In this document: positions 13,765 to 22,286 of the stretch, in pieces
How positions within the stretch are numbered: position 1 is the first letter of the stretch
Layout: each line of letters starts with the position of its first letter
Assembly: GCA_045649445.1 (NCBI GenBank)
Contig: JAZRPX010000190.1
Coordinates: forward strand, 1 to 24,558
Direction of reading: 5' to 3'
Source: Acutalibacteraceae bacterium
GTDB taxonomy: Bacteria > Bacillota > Clostridia > Oscillospirales > Acutalibacteraceae
Length of the DNA stretch: 24,558 nucleotides
Program-made: the position numbers and the translations under genes
The notes under the pieces: generated by a model
Databases searched by the model: none
Told to the model about the DNA's origin: nothing
The model's input: the letters and a program-made list of their open reading frames with translations, nothing else

Positions 13765-13784
13765 GAATGACACGCACCACCCTT

Positions 13785-13851
13785 GTCATCCTGAGCGGAG
13801 CAACGCGTAGTCGAAGGATCTTAAAGATGGTTCGGCTACGCTCACCATGAC
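13785..13851. repeat. Inverted pair of GTCAT-type REP-like elements (REPIN-like unit)
   Basis: GTCATCCTGAGCG...TAGTCGAAGGATCT facing AGATGGTTCGGCTACGCTCACCATGAC; each arm has its own internal stem (ATCCT/AGGAT versus ATGGT/ACCAT). Confidence 0.7.
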
Positions 13852-13876
13852 GTATAAGTAGATTATAGACAAATTT

Positions 13877-13914
13877 AAAACACACGGGTTGAATTTCAAC
13901 CCGTGTGTTTTTTT
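13877..13914. terminator. Intrinsic terminator at the end of the catabolic operon
   Basis: AAAACACACGGGTTGAA-T-TTCAACCCGTGTGTTTT, perfect 17-bp arms abutting the MBL stop codon. Confidence 0.9.
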
Positions 13915-14590
13915 ATATCTTTATTTCCTCAAATGGTTTTGGAATTACTGTTTTAACCGATTCAAACTCTTGTGGTTTTAATTCGTCAAAGAGTGAAAAA
14001 TGAAGCGGTACTGCAACTTTTGCGCCAATTCTTTTTGCAAATTCTTCAGCGTCATAAGCGTTCATATTGTTACCAACACCGTTGATTGGCATAAATACTG
14101 CATCAATTTTCTCATCAACCTCTTTAAGCACTTTTTCGTTATAAAGAGTGTCCCCGGTAACATAATAAGTTTTGCCTTCTGCTTCAAAAACAACGCCAAC
14201 TGCGTAAAAATCAGAATGCTCCGCATAAACTGCTTTAAATGTAATACCATTTGCAGTAAAACGAGTGCCTGCGTTAAACATAACATAGTTATGATTGCCT
14301 TTGAAAGTTGTTCTTACCTTTTCCCAAGCATTAAACGATGCCAAAACAGTAACGCTTTCATCATTATTAAGGTAATGCTCAAGTGTTTCAGGGTCAGTAT
14401 GGTCAAGATGAGTATGAGTTAAAATAATAACATCAGGTTTTACTTTAAGATAACTTTCATCAACAGGGTATCTACGCCAAAGTTTTGGGTTAACCTTGCC
14501 ACAACTGTCTGAAAGATAAGGATCAATCATAATTTTTTTGCCAGCAGTTTCAAACAAAAGACCTGCTTGGCCAAGCCATGTTATTTTCAT
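13913..14590 (-). CDS. MBL-fold metallohydrolase (UlaG-like; candidate lactonase)
   Basis: ITWLGQAG, IDPYLS, THTHLDH (HxHxDH), YVTGDT, PING..NNM, VPLHF; ATGA overlap with the aldolase stop. Confidence 0.87.
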   Translation of the reverse strand: MKITWLGQAGLLFETAGKKIMIDPYLSDSCGKVNPKLWRRYPVDESYLKVKPDVIILTHTHLDHTDPETLEHYLNNDESVTVLASFNAWEKVRTTFKGNHNYVMFNAGTRFTANGITFKAVYAEHSDFYAVGVVFEAEGKTYYVTGDTLYNEKVLKEVDEKIDAVFMPINGVGNNMNAYDAEEFAKRIGAKVAVPLHFSLFDELKPQEFESVKTVIPKPFEEIKI

Positions 14591-15240
14591 AAATTTGCCC
14601 TCGCTCCTTTGATTTTTTCTAAATGAAGTTTTGCAAGGCGTCCCATTTCTTCATAATCTTCTGATTCGATAAGTTCAGGTTTTAAAATAGAAATGCCTGT
14701 TGCAACACCTTTAGCGCCGGCTTCAATAAAACACTCAATAGTGTCAAGATTAGTGCCACCAACACAAATATAAGGAATATGCGAAAGAGGTCTTGCAATG
14801 CCTTTAACATAGTCAACATCATTTTTGGTAATAGGGAATAATTTAATCAAATCAGCGCCTGCATTATAAGCAGTCATCATCTCGCTTGGAGTTAATGAGC
14901 CAGGAATTGAGGTGAGCCCTAATTCTTTGGTTTTCTTAATAACTTCAACATCAGTATTAGGTGAGAAAATAAACTTTGCGCCTGCTTCGTACGCTGCTTG
15001 AACAAACTCTGTTGAAATAACAGTGCCTGCGCCAACAACGATTTTTTCACCCATTTCATCAATTATTGCTTTGATAATACCGGTTGTTGTTTCAATTGTA
15101 TTTTCATCAGAAGGATTAAAAGCAATTTCAACAACCTTTACACCAGCGTTATAAAGCGCATTTGCTATTTTAGGAGCTTTTACTTTATCAACCCCACGAA
15201 AAATAACAATTAAACCACTATCTTCAATTATCTTTTTCAT
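14587..15240 (-). CDS. KDPG/KHG-type class I aldolase (Eda/DgoA family)
   Basis: IVIFRG, VVEIAF, VGAGTV, FIFSP, PG..TPSE, IKLFP (Schiff-base lysine), VGG. Start ATG 15240 chosen from GGAG spacing. Confidence 0.88.
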   Translation of the reverse strand: MKKIIEDSGLIVIFRGVDKVKAPKIANALYNAGVKVVEIAFNPSDENTIETTTGIIKAIIDEMGEKIVVGAGTVISTEFVQAAYEAGAKFIFSPNTDVEVIKKTKELGLTSIPGSLTPSEMMTAYNAGADLIKLFPITKNDVDYVKGIARPLSHIPYICVGGTNLDTIECFIEAGAKGVATGISILKPELIESEDYEEMGRLAKLHLEKIKGARANL

Positions 15241-16423
15241 ATTTTTCATTCTCCAAACCTTTGAAATAGTAGTGAATATCATCTTTAGGACGAATATCAG
15301 TTACAGCGCCTGTGTAGTGACGTAAGTTTCTTGGAGTGTAAGGACGAGCAAGAACTTCATCAATATTAACATCAATACCAAGACCTGGTTTATCAGGAAT
15401 TTTGATAAAGCCATCGTTGAATACAACTTCTTCATTTGTGATTTTCTTACGGAAAGAGCCGTCAGTAAGCATAATTTCGTGAATGCAGAAATTAGGAACA
15501 GTTGCAGCAAGTTGCAAAATAGCCGCATTTGAAATTGGGCCTGATGGGTTATGATAAGAAATCATAATATGTTTTGCTTCTGCCATTGCCGCAATCTTTT
15601 TACCTTCCATCAAACCGCCTGTATGGAAAACGTCAGGTTGAGCATAGTCAACAGCGTCTTTTGAGAACATTTCTTGGAAGGCATATTTTGTATAGCCACG
15701 TTCACCTGCAGCGATAGGCACTCTTGAATGAGCGCGAACATAAGCAGTTGAATCCATATTATCAGGAACACATGGTTCTTCCATAAACATTGGTTTAAAT
15801 TGCTCAAGTTCTCTTGAAATTTCAATAGCAGCAGTAGGACCAAATCTACCGTGACACTCAATAAGCAAATCAACATTATTGCCAACTGCTTCTCTAACTG
15901 CGCCAACGATATTAACTGTTTTCTCCATTTGTTCTTTGCTAATTGTCATATGAGCAGCGCCGAATGGGTCCCATTTAAGCGCTTTAACGCCGAGTTCAAC
16001 TGTTCTTTTTGCCTTTTTAGCAAACTCTTCAGGTGTTCTAGCGCCTATAAACCAAGCGTTTGCATACATTTTAACTTCATCACGCATTTTACCACCTAAA
16101 AGGTTGTATGTAGGTGTGTTGAAGAATTTACCTGCAATATCCCAAAGTGCAATTTCGATACCACTAATAGCAGACATCAAAACTGCGCCGCCTTTCCAGT
16201 AAATATCTCTGTAAACTTCGAAAAGCATTTTTTCAATTTGAAGTGGGTCTCTACCAACAACAAGTCTTTTAAGGTCTTCAACCATACCTTCAAGCGCTTT
16301 TTCGTTAGTGCCTAAAGATGCTTCGCCCCAACCGTAAAGCCCTTCATCAGTTTCAACTTTGATAAATGCCCAGTTTGTTCTGTAAGCATCAAGAGTATAA
16401 ATTTTAACATCTGAAATTTTCAT
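15224..16423 (-). CDS. Enolase-superfamily acid-sugar dehydratase (mandelate racemase subgroup, galactonate dehydratase-like)
   Basis: IKVETDEGLYGWGE, GGAVLMSAISGIEIALWDIAGK, LLGGKMRD, IECHGRF, FMEEP, AAGER, QPD, HNPSGP, IHE. Confidence 0.88.
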   Translation of the reverse strand: MKISDVKIYTLDAYRTNWAFIKVETDEGLYGWGEASLGTNEKALEGMVEDLKRLVVGRDPLQIEKMLFEVYRDIYWKGGAVLMSAISGIEIALWDIAGKFFNTPTYNLLGGKMRDEVKMYANAWFIGARTPEEFAKKAKRTVELGVKALKWDPFGAAHMTISKEQMEKTVNIVGAVREAVGNNVDLLIECHGRFGPTAAIEISRELEQFKPMFMEEPCVPDNMDSTAYVRAHSRVPIAAGERGYTKYAFQEMFSKDAVDYAQPDVFHTGGLMEGKKIAAMAEAKHIMISYHNPSGPISNAAILQLAATVPNFCIHEIMLTDGSFRKKITNEEVVFNDGFIKIPDKPGLGIDVNIDEVLARPYTPRNLRHYTGAVTDIRPKDDIHYYFKGLENEKYEKDN

Positions 16424-17187
16424 TATTTATTACCCTCCTTAAATGGTAAAAGTGATATTAAAATGCCGGAGTCAATAGTAAGTTCTGTTCCGGTAACAGT
16501 TTTTGAGAGGTCGGTGCCAAGATAAAAAACACCGTTTGCAATGTCTTCACCTGTTGATTCAATACCAACTGGCCAATTTGCTCGTCTTGCAGCGATTTGC
16601 TCGTCTGTAAGACCGTCCCAACGCTCAGTACGAATAGCGCCTGCAATAAGAGAATTAGAACGAATACCGTAATTTGCAAGTTCAATTGCGAGTGAACGAG
16701 AAAGGGCGTTTATACCACCCTTTGAAGCAGTATACATACTTCTTCCAAAGATACATTGCTTTGAATGAACCGAGCTTAAAAATACAAGCGCGCCGTGATT
16801 TTGCTCTTTCATAATAAGAGCGGCTTGTTGAGCGCAGAAGAAAGAACCCTTTAAATTAATGTCTAAAACACTGTTATATTCTTCTTCATCAATTTCTAAA
16901 ACATTCATATCAACGCCTAAATTAGCGGCATTTGCAACGAAGGTATCAAGAGAACCAAAATCTTCTCTTATTTTTTTGAAAACACATTTAATGTCATTAA
17001 CATCAGAAAGATTAAGTTCATAACCTTTTGCTTTAATGTTGTATTCTTTAGCTAACGCTTCGGCTTGAATTTCAGCTTCCTTCTGAATTCTAGAAGAAAT
17101 AGCAACATCAAAACCCTCGCTTGCAAACTTCTTTGCAATTGCAAGGCCGGTATTTTTAGTAGCGCCGGTTATAAATACTGTTGGCAT
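16423..17187 (-). CDS. Short-chain dehydrogenase/reductase (SDR)
   Basis: ITGATKNTG, NAA, INLKG, SSVH, YTASK (YxxxK). TAATG overlap with the dehydratase; start ATG 17187 with GGAG RBS. Confidence 0.9.
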   Translation of the reverse strand: MPTVFITGATKNTGLAIAKKFASEGFDVAISSRIQKEAEIQAEALAKEYNIKAKGYELNLSDVNDIKCVFKKIREDFGSLDTFVANAANLGVDMNVLEIDEEEYNSVLDINLKGSFFCAQQAALIMKEQNHGALVFLSSVHSKQCIFGRSMYTASKGGINALSRSLAIELANYGIRSNSLIAGAIRTERWDGLTDEQIAARRANWPVGIESTGEDIANGVFYLGTDLSKTVTGTELTIDSGILISLLPFKEGNK

Positions 17188-17210
17188 AAACACACTCCTT
17201 TTTTTTAAAA

Positions 17211-18572
17211 TTATTCTTCGATAATTTCATAAGCTTTTTTATCGGTAATTACTAAAGGATACTCTTTTAATGGAACATTATAAGCATAACCGTGATTAAA
17301 TTCTGGCACTTCAAGTTCAAAAACTTCGCCTGTAAATGTATCAATAAGAATTGGATTATCAAGTTTTTTAAGAATGTTGATAGTAGTCATATTAGGGTCT
17401 TCAAGTGGCTTTTTCAAGTTTGAAGGGTAGTAATAAGCGAAAACCGGAATTTCGTTTTTATCAAAACTCATTTTTTGACAAGCCATTGAATCAGCAGGAT
17501 TTTCGCTCCATACATAAGCGATGATAAAATCATCTGATGGTTTAATGTCACCACTTAAAAGAGTTGATAAATATGTTATAGTTTCATAAGATTTTTTAGG
17601 TGTATATGTAAGACCGTTTACAATTCCGTGACCAGCAGGTTTTTTGATAACCTGGGTTGCTTTTTCATATGGTTTTTCCCACATATCTGCCATTTGGAAG
17701 AAAGAACTCATTTTAGCGCCGAGTGATACATCAATAAAGTATCTACGCAATTGATAAACTGCCTGAGGACGTTCATCATCGCAACCTTCTTTAACAAGCC
17801 AATGGCCTTCATAAGCCCAAGATGGATAACCACCTTCACCTTGCCAAAGTTCAACATGTTCAAGCCCATGTTTTTTAAGCAATCTTCTAACTTCAGCTAA
17901 CGCTTCGCCAATTCTGTATTCAGGAATTGTTGAATAAGTGTGATAAGCAAAAATATCAAGATACTCTTTTTTAACATTTGAGAATAAATCTTCAAAATAT
18001 TGAAAATATGTTGGAGCGCAAGTGTTTACAACGAATTTTGCTTCAGGGTGAACATCGCTAATTTCTTTTGCAGTTATATTCACAAGTTTAGCAAGTTCTG
18101 CGCCATTAGGTTTTTCAGGATACCAGAAATGGTCAAGTTGTGATTCGTTCCAAATTTCAAAATAATTAACCTTGTCTTTATAACGCTTTGCAACTGCTCT
18201 TGCGAACTTTTTCCATGCCTCAACAGTTTCTTCGCCAAAGTGAATAGGAACACAGCCAACGCCGGTTGGATTAGGAAGCTCGCCCATATAAACTGGGTTG
18301 CCAAAAGAAACGCACAACCATGGCTCGATTCCACGATTATAAAGATTATCAACAACATCATCAAGCCATTTCCAATCATAAACGCCTTTTTGTTTTTCAG
18401 TTTTAGCCCAACCTGTTTGACAACGCGCATATTTAATGCCTGTTTTTGCAAGTGGCTCATAACATTCTTCTGCTTTGAATAAATCTCTGTCTAAACAACA
18501 AAAGTCAATACCAACATAAGATTTTTCAATTTCTTTTGAAGTGTAAGTTTTAAGTTTTCCGATTTTTTTCAT
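17211..18572 (-). CDS. Clan GH-A glycoside hydrolase, GH39-like, no signal peptide
   Basis: ARCQTGW..TE..KGVYDWKWLD, EIWNES (acid/base Glu), FAYHTY, LWQGEGG (nucleophile Glu). Start ATG 18572 with AAGGAG RBS. Confidence 0.78.
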   Translation of the reverse strand: MKKIGKLKTYTSKEIEKSYVGIDFCCLDRDLFKAEECYEPLAKTGIKYARCQTGWAKTEKQKGVYDWKWLDDVVDNLYNRGIEPWLCVSFGNPVYMGELPNPTGVGCVPIHFGEETVEAWKKFARAVAKRYKDKVNYFEIWNESQLDHFWYPEKPNGAELAKLVNITAKEISDVHPEAKFVVNTCAPTYFQYFEDLFSNVKKEYLDIFAYHTYSTIPEYRIGEALAEVRRLLKKHGLEHVELWQGEGGYPSWAYEGHWLVKEGCDDERPQAVYQLRRYFIDVSLGAKMSSFFQMADMWEKPYEKATQVIKKPAGHGIVNGLTYTPKKSYETITYLSTLLSGDIKPSDDFIIAYVWSENPADSMACQKMSFDKNEIPVFAYYYPSNLKKPLEDPNMTTINILKKLDNPILIDTFTGEVFELEVPEFNHGYAYNVPLKEYPLVITDKKAYEIIEE

Positions 18573-18665
18573 TGCGTTACTCCTTAATTGTTTTTGTAAA
18601 ACAAAGTATTTATTATATAATAACACCAATTTATTATAATAAAAATATCAAAAACAACAAAAAAC

Positions 18666-18694
18666 TTGCACTTTTCACGCATTTTTGTTATAAT
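18666..18694 (+). promoter_or_regulatory. sigmaA-type promoter of AraC gene
   Basis: TTGCAC(18666-18671), 17 nt, TATAAT(18689-18694) with extended TG. Confidence 0.8.
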
Positions 18695-18712
18695 GAGCAA
18701 AGAGGTGATGAA

Positions 18713-19456
18713 ATGGAAATTAAAATATTTTCAGTAGCCGAATATCAACCGAAAATAAGAAAGAAAACAATAGCTTCTCGTGTATCGTCTACATTTCTTT
18801 ATATAGAGAATGGCGAATATATTTATCAGTTTAAAAACAAACAAATAAAGGTTTGTTCTGGTGAAACTTTATTTTTGCCAAGAGGCAGTAATTATGAATA
18901 TGAGGTTGTTTCTAAAAATGCGCATTGTTTCCAAGTTGAATTTAATATAAAATCTTTTGAAAATGAGTTTGAATTTAACAAGCCATTTGTAATAAACGCT
19001 CAAAACAGCGAAATAATAGAAAAGCAGTTTTCTTCTCTTTTAACGAGTTTTCGTAATTCTCAACAAGGGCTTATTAAATGCTATGCAATTATTTTAGACC
19101 TTTTAACGCTTGTTGATAATCAAAAGGAGAAATTCAAATCAAAAATTCGCCCTGCAATTGAATATATTGAGCAAAATTATACCCTTGATTTTTCAATAAG
19201 CCATCTCGCGCGCATTTGTAAAATAAGCGAATCTCAATTAAGGCGTTTGTTTCAATCGGAATTAGGCATTTCTCCGTTGAAATACAGAAATTCTTTGCGA
19301 ATTAAAGAAGCATGCGCGCTTTTGAAAAGTGGTGAATTAAATGTTTCGGAAGTTTCTGAAATTTTAAAATTTGACACCCCTTATGCATTTTCAAAAGCGT
19401 TTAAAAACGAAATTGGTTGCTCACCAAAATCATATCAAATAAATAATTTTAAATAA
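18713..19456 (+). CDS. AraC-family transcriptional regulator
   Basis: C-terminal LARICKISESQLRRLF...SPLKYRN.LRI..AC.LL...VSEVSEILKFDTPYAFSKAFK..G.SP; cupin-like N-terminus. Start ATG 18713 with GAGGTG RBS. Confidence 0.92.
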   Translation: MEIKIFSVAEYQPKIRKKTIASRVSSTFLYIENGEYIYQFKNKQIKVCSGETLFLPRGSNYEYEVVSKNAHCFQVEFNIKSFENEFEFNKPFVINAQNSEIIEKQFSSLLTSFRNSQQGLIKCYAIILDLLTLVDNQKEKFKSKIRPAIEYIEQNYTLDFSISHLARICKISESQLRRLFQSELGISPLKYRNSLRIKEACALLKSGELNVSEVSEILKFDTPYAFSKAFKNEIGCSPKSYQINNFK

Positions 19457-19488
19457 AAAAACGAGTTCTTTTTAGAACTCGTCTTTTT
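19456..19488. terminator. Bidirectional terminator (GAGTTC/GAACTC family)
   Basis: AAAAA-ACGAGTTCT-TTTT-AGAACTCGT-CTTTTT between convergent araC and the S1 gene. Confidence 0.85.
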
Positions 19489-19493
19489 GTTGA

Positions 19494-20408
19494 TTAAAAC
19501 ACCGATTTTATTAACTTTTCTGCTGTGTCGGGAGAGTATTGCCAATTATCAATATGCTCGCCATCATAAAAATATTTATCACATTTTGTTTTGTTCCCTG
19601 TATCAAAAGAATCAATTATTATAAGCTTGATTTTCATTTTTTCCGGAATAATGCTTTTGATAAAAACAGAGGCATTTTGCGATGGAAAAACGTTGTCTTT
19701 TGGCTCAGCAAGCCCTGCTAAATTCGGCATAAGTTCAACAAAAACTCCGTAATCTTCAACCGAGCGTATAATTCCTGAAACTGTTTCGCCCGGCTCAAAA
19801 AGTGATGCGTTTTCTTCCCAAGAGCCAAGCAATTCTTTTTGAGATAACGTAAATCTTCCGTTTTCAATTGATTTTACAACTGCTTTTATACGATCGCCTT
19901 GTGAAAATCTATCTTTTGGGTGAGAAATGCGTGAGACTGAAATTGAATCAATCGGCAAAAGCGATGGAATGCCACAAGCAATATCGCAAAAAGCGCCAAA
20001 CGGCTCTAAATGTGTTATCGCGGCATCAATAATATCGCCTGTTGATAAGCAATCAAGATACTCTTTCTTTGCTTTTTCTTGGGCGAGTTTTCGCGATAGA
20101 TAACAAACTGCGTTTTCACCATATTCTATATTTGTTATAATAAAACTAACGGGTTTTCCTACTTTTGAAATTAACGCAATATCTCTAACAGAACCCTCGG
20201 CAATTCCAATAGCACCTTCTTCTCTTGGAATAATTCCTCTAATTCCGTTTAAATCCACTATCAAATTATGCGATGAATCACACATTGTTGCTTTTGCTTC
20301 AATAACTTTTTGTTCTTTAAAAGCGTTTTCAAGCGATGATAAACTTTTAATAGTTTCTTTGTTTTCTCGGGTGTCAAAAATGTAGCCCTCAGGCAAGTAT
20401 TTTTTCAT
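19494..20408 (-). CDS. S1 RNA-binding domain protein (three S1-like repeats)
   Basis: LEPFGAFCDI..G...LLPI..IS..RI.HP and VEDYGVFVEL..NLAGL are S1 signatures; an earlier VDLNGIRGIIPREE repeat is also present. Confidence 0.85.
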   Translation of the reverse strand: MKKYLPEGYIFDTRENKETIKSLSSLENAFKEQKVIEAKATMCDSSHNLIVDLNGIRGIIPREEGAIGIAEGSVRDIALISKVGKPVSFIITNIEYGENAVCYLSRKLAQEKAKKEYLDCLSTGDIIDAAITHLEPFGAFCDIACGIPSLLPIDSISVSRISHPKDRFSQGDRIKAVVKSIENGRFTLSQKELLGSWEENASLFEPGETVSGIIRSVEDYGVFVELMPNLAGLAEPKDNVFPSQNASVFIKSIIPEKMKIKLIIIDSFDTGNKTKCDKYFYDGEHIDNWQYSPDTAEKLIKSVF

Positions 20409-20566
20409 AAATTTAAATCCTTTCTTTAAGTGGAAAAACCACGTCTTATCCTAATTATATGATTAGTCTTTTTATTTAATGATTATCTTTTACATCAATA
20501 ATTTATCACTATTAAAACGAATATTTTGTCGTTTTTTAATATTTAGTTAATAATATCTAAAAAAGT

Positions 20567-20594
20567 TTGATTTTTATAAAAAATATGTTATAAT
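20567..20594 (+). promoter_or_regulatory. sigmaA-type promoter of the FHA-SEDS/PBP operon
   Basis: TTGATT(20567-20572), 16 nt, TATAAT(20589-20594) with extended TG; RBS GAGGAG 20607-20612. Confidence 0.65.
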
Positions 20595-20621
20595 TAAAGT
20601 TATTATGAGAGGAGTGAAAAT

Positions 20622-22286
20622 ATGGGCGATTTAATTGTTAGTCTTGGCGCTATTTTAGTGTTTGTTTTGCGTATTGTTTTGCCTTTATTATCAATCCTTT
20701 TTATTTTTGGCGTTGTAAAAGATTTGTTTAAAAAACAAGGCAAAATAACGCTCGCAAAACTTGTTACTGCGAATGGCCTTGAATTTGATATAACTTCAGT
20801 TGAAAGTATTATCGGCAGAAGCAAACTTTGTGATGTTGTGCTTAATATTCCAAGTATCTCTCGCCGTCACGCAGTTATTACATATTCAGATGACTACGGG
20901 TTTAAAATTTCAAGTGTTTTTGGTAGTGAAATTTTTGTTAATGATACGCCTATTGATGAGTATGCTTATTTTGATTTTGGCGATGTAATTGAAATCGGTG
21001 GTTTGCAATTAAAACTTATGCCTTGCGAAATAGTTGATATTTCTTCTAATAGCAAACCAAAAAAACGTGGTGTTGCAACTGCTGTTTTGTTAACGATTAT
21101 TCAATTTATAATGTTTTTAGAGATAATGATTCATTTTATGCCTGAAATTAAAATTTATATTCCGATTGCTTTTGGTGGTTTGATTTTAATTGAATGGGTT
21201 TACTTTTTGATTCATAGATTTAAAGACAATATCAACATTGAAATTTTGGGCTTTTTCTTAACAACTGTTGGCTTTTCTGTTGCCGCTTCTTATTCACCTG
21301 ATAATATGCTAAAACAGATGATAACAGCGGGTGTTGGTTTATTCGCATTTATCATTTTGCAGCTTGTTTATAAAAATATGGAGCTTGTAATGAAACTGCG
21401 ATATTTTGTTGCAGGCGTTGCCGTTTTGCTTTTGGCTTATAACATCTTTTTTGGTGTTTATATAAACGGCGCAAGAAACTGGATTAAAATCGGTAGTTTT
21501 ACTTTTCAACCATCAGAGGTTGTTAAATTCTTGTTTATCTTTACAACTGCCGCAACCTTGCAGAATTTACTTTCAAAAAGAAACCTGATTTTGTTTTTGG
21601 GATTTTCAAGCGTTTGTATGGGCGCTTTAGTTTTAATGCGAGACTTTGGTACTTGCGCAATATTTTTTGTAACTGCTTTAATTATTCTTTATATGCGTTC
21701 AGGAAATGTTAAAATCATTGGCTTGATAACAGGTGTTGTTGGCGCATGCGCTGTGCTAGTTGCAAAATTCGTGCCTTATGTTACACGCAGATTTGCAACT
21801 TATCGTCACGCTTGGGAATTTGCCGCTGACAAGGGTTATCAACAAACAAGAACAATGATTGCCATTGCTTCTGGCGCTCTTTTAGGTGTTGGTGGCGCTA
21901 ATGGTAAACTTAAATATATTGCCGCTGCAGATACCGATTTAGTTTTTGGTATGTTAGTAGAAGAATGGGGAATGATTTTTGCGTTTTGCGCAATTGCTTG
22001 TTTTGTTATTTTTGCAATTTATTCGTTAACAAGCATTTCTTATACAAATTCGGCTTATTTTGCTATCGCCGCAGTTTCGGCAGCGGGCTTGTGGATTTTT
22101 CAAATTTCACTTAACATTTTCGGCTCAACAGACCTTTTGCCACTTACAGGTGTAACCTTGCCGTTTATCTCAAATGGTGGCTCAAGTATGATTTCCTCTT
22201 GGTTGCTTTTGTCGTTTATAAAAGCGATTGGTAAAAACACATTAAAAGAGCCGGCAGTTATGTACGAAGGAGATGAAACGTTATGA
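20622..22286 (+). CDS. FHA domain fused to FtsW/RodA/SpoVE (SEDS) peptidoglycan polymerase
   Basis: FHA motif IGRS..CD......ISRRHA; SEDS motifs GARNWI......QPSEVVK, RDFGT, YQ.....AIASG..G, TDLVF....EEWG, PLTGVTLPFISNGGSS. Confidence 0.92.
   Translation: MGDLIVSLGAILVFVLRIVLPLLSILFIFGVVKDLFKKQGKITLAKLVTANGLEFDITSVESIIGRSKLCDVVLNIPSISRRHAVITYSDDYGFKISSVFGSEIFVNDTPIDEYAYFDFGDVIEIGGLQLKLMPCEIVDISSNSKPKKRGVATAVLLTIIQFIMFLEIMIHFMPEIKIYIPIAFGGLILIEWVYFLIHRFKDNINIEILGFFLTTVGFSVAASYSPDNMLKQMITAGVGLFAFIILQLVYKNMELVMKLRYFVAGVAVLLLAYNIFFGVYINGARNWIKIGSFTFQPSEVVKFLFIFTTAATLQNLLSKRNLILFLGFSSVCMGALVLMRDFGTCAIFFVTALIILYMRSGNVKIIGLITGVVGACAVLVAKFVPYVTRRFATYRHAWEFAADKGYQQTRTMIAIASGALLGVGGANGKLKYIAAADTDLVFGMLVEEWGMIFAFCAIACFVIFAIYSLTSISYTNSAYFAIAAVSAAGLWIFQISLNIFGSTDLLPLTGVTLPFISNGGSSMISSWLLLSFIKAIGKNTLKEPAVMYEGDETL

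Noticed and set aside
13650-13885. Overlapping 66-aa (+) and 61-aa (-) ORFs
   Set aside because: They run through GC-rich REP-like palindromes, which suppress stop codons; no RBS or recognisable motif.
6466-13911. Prophage, ICE or transposon spanning the XRE and DUF6809-like genes
   Set aside because: No integrase, transposase, relaxase or phage structural gene, no flanking direct repeats seen, and housekeeping genes (trpS, ymdB) lie between the two islets.
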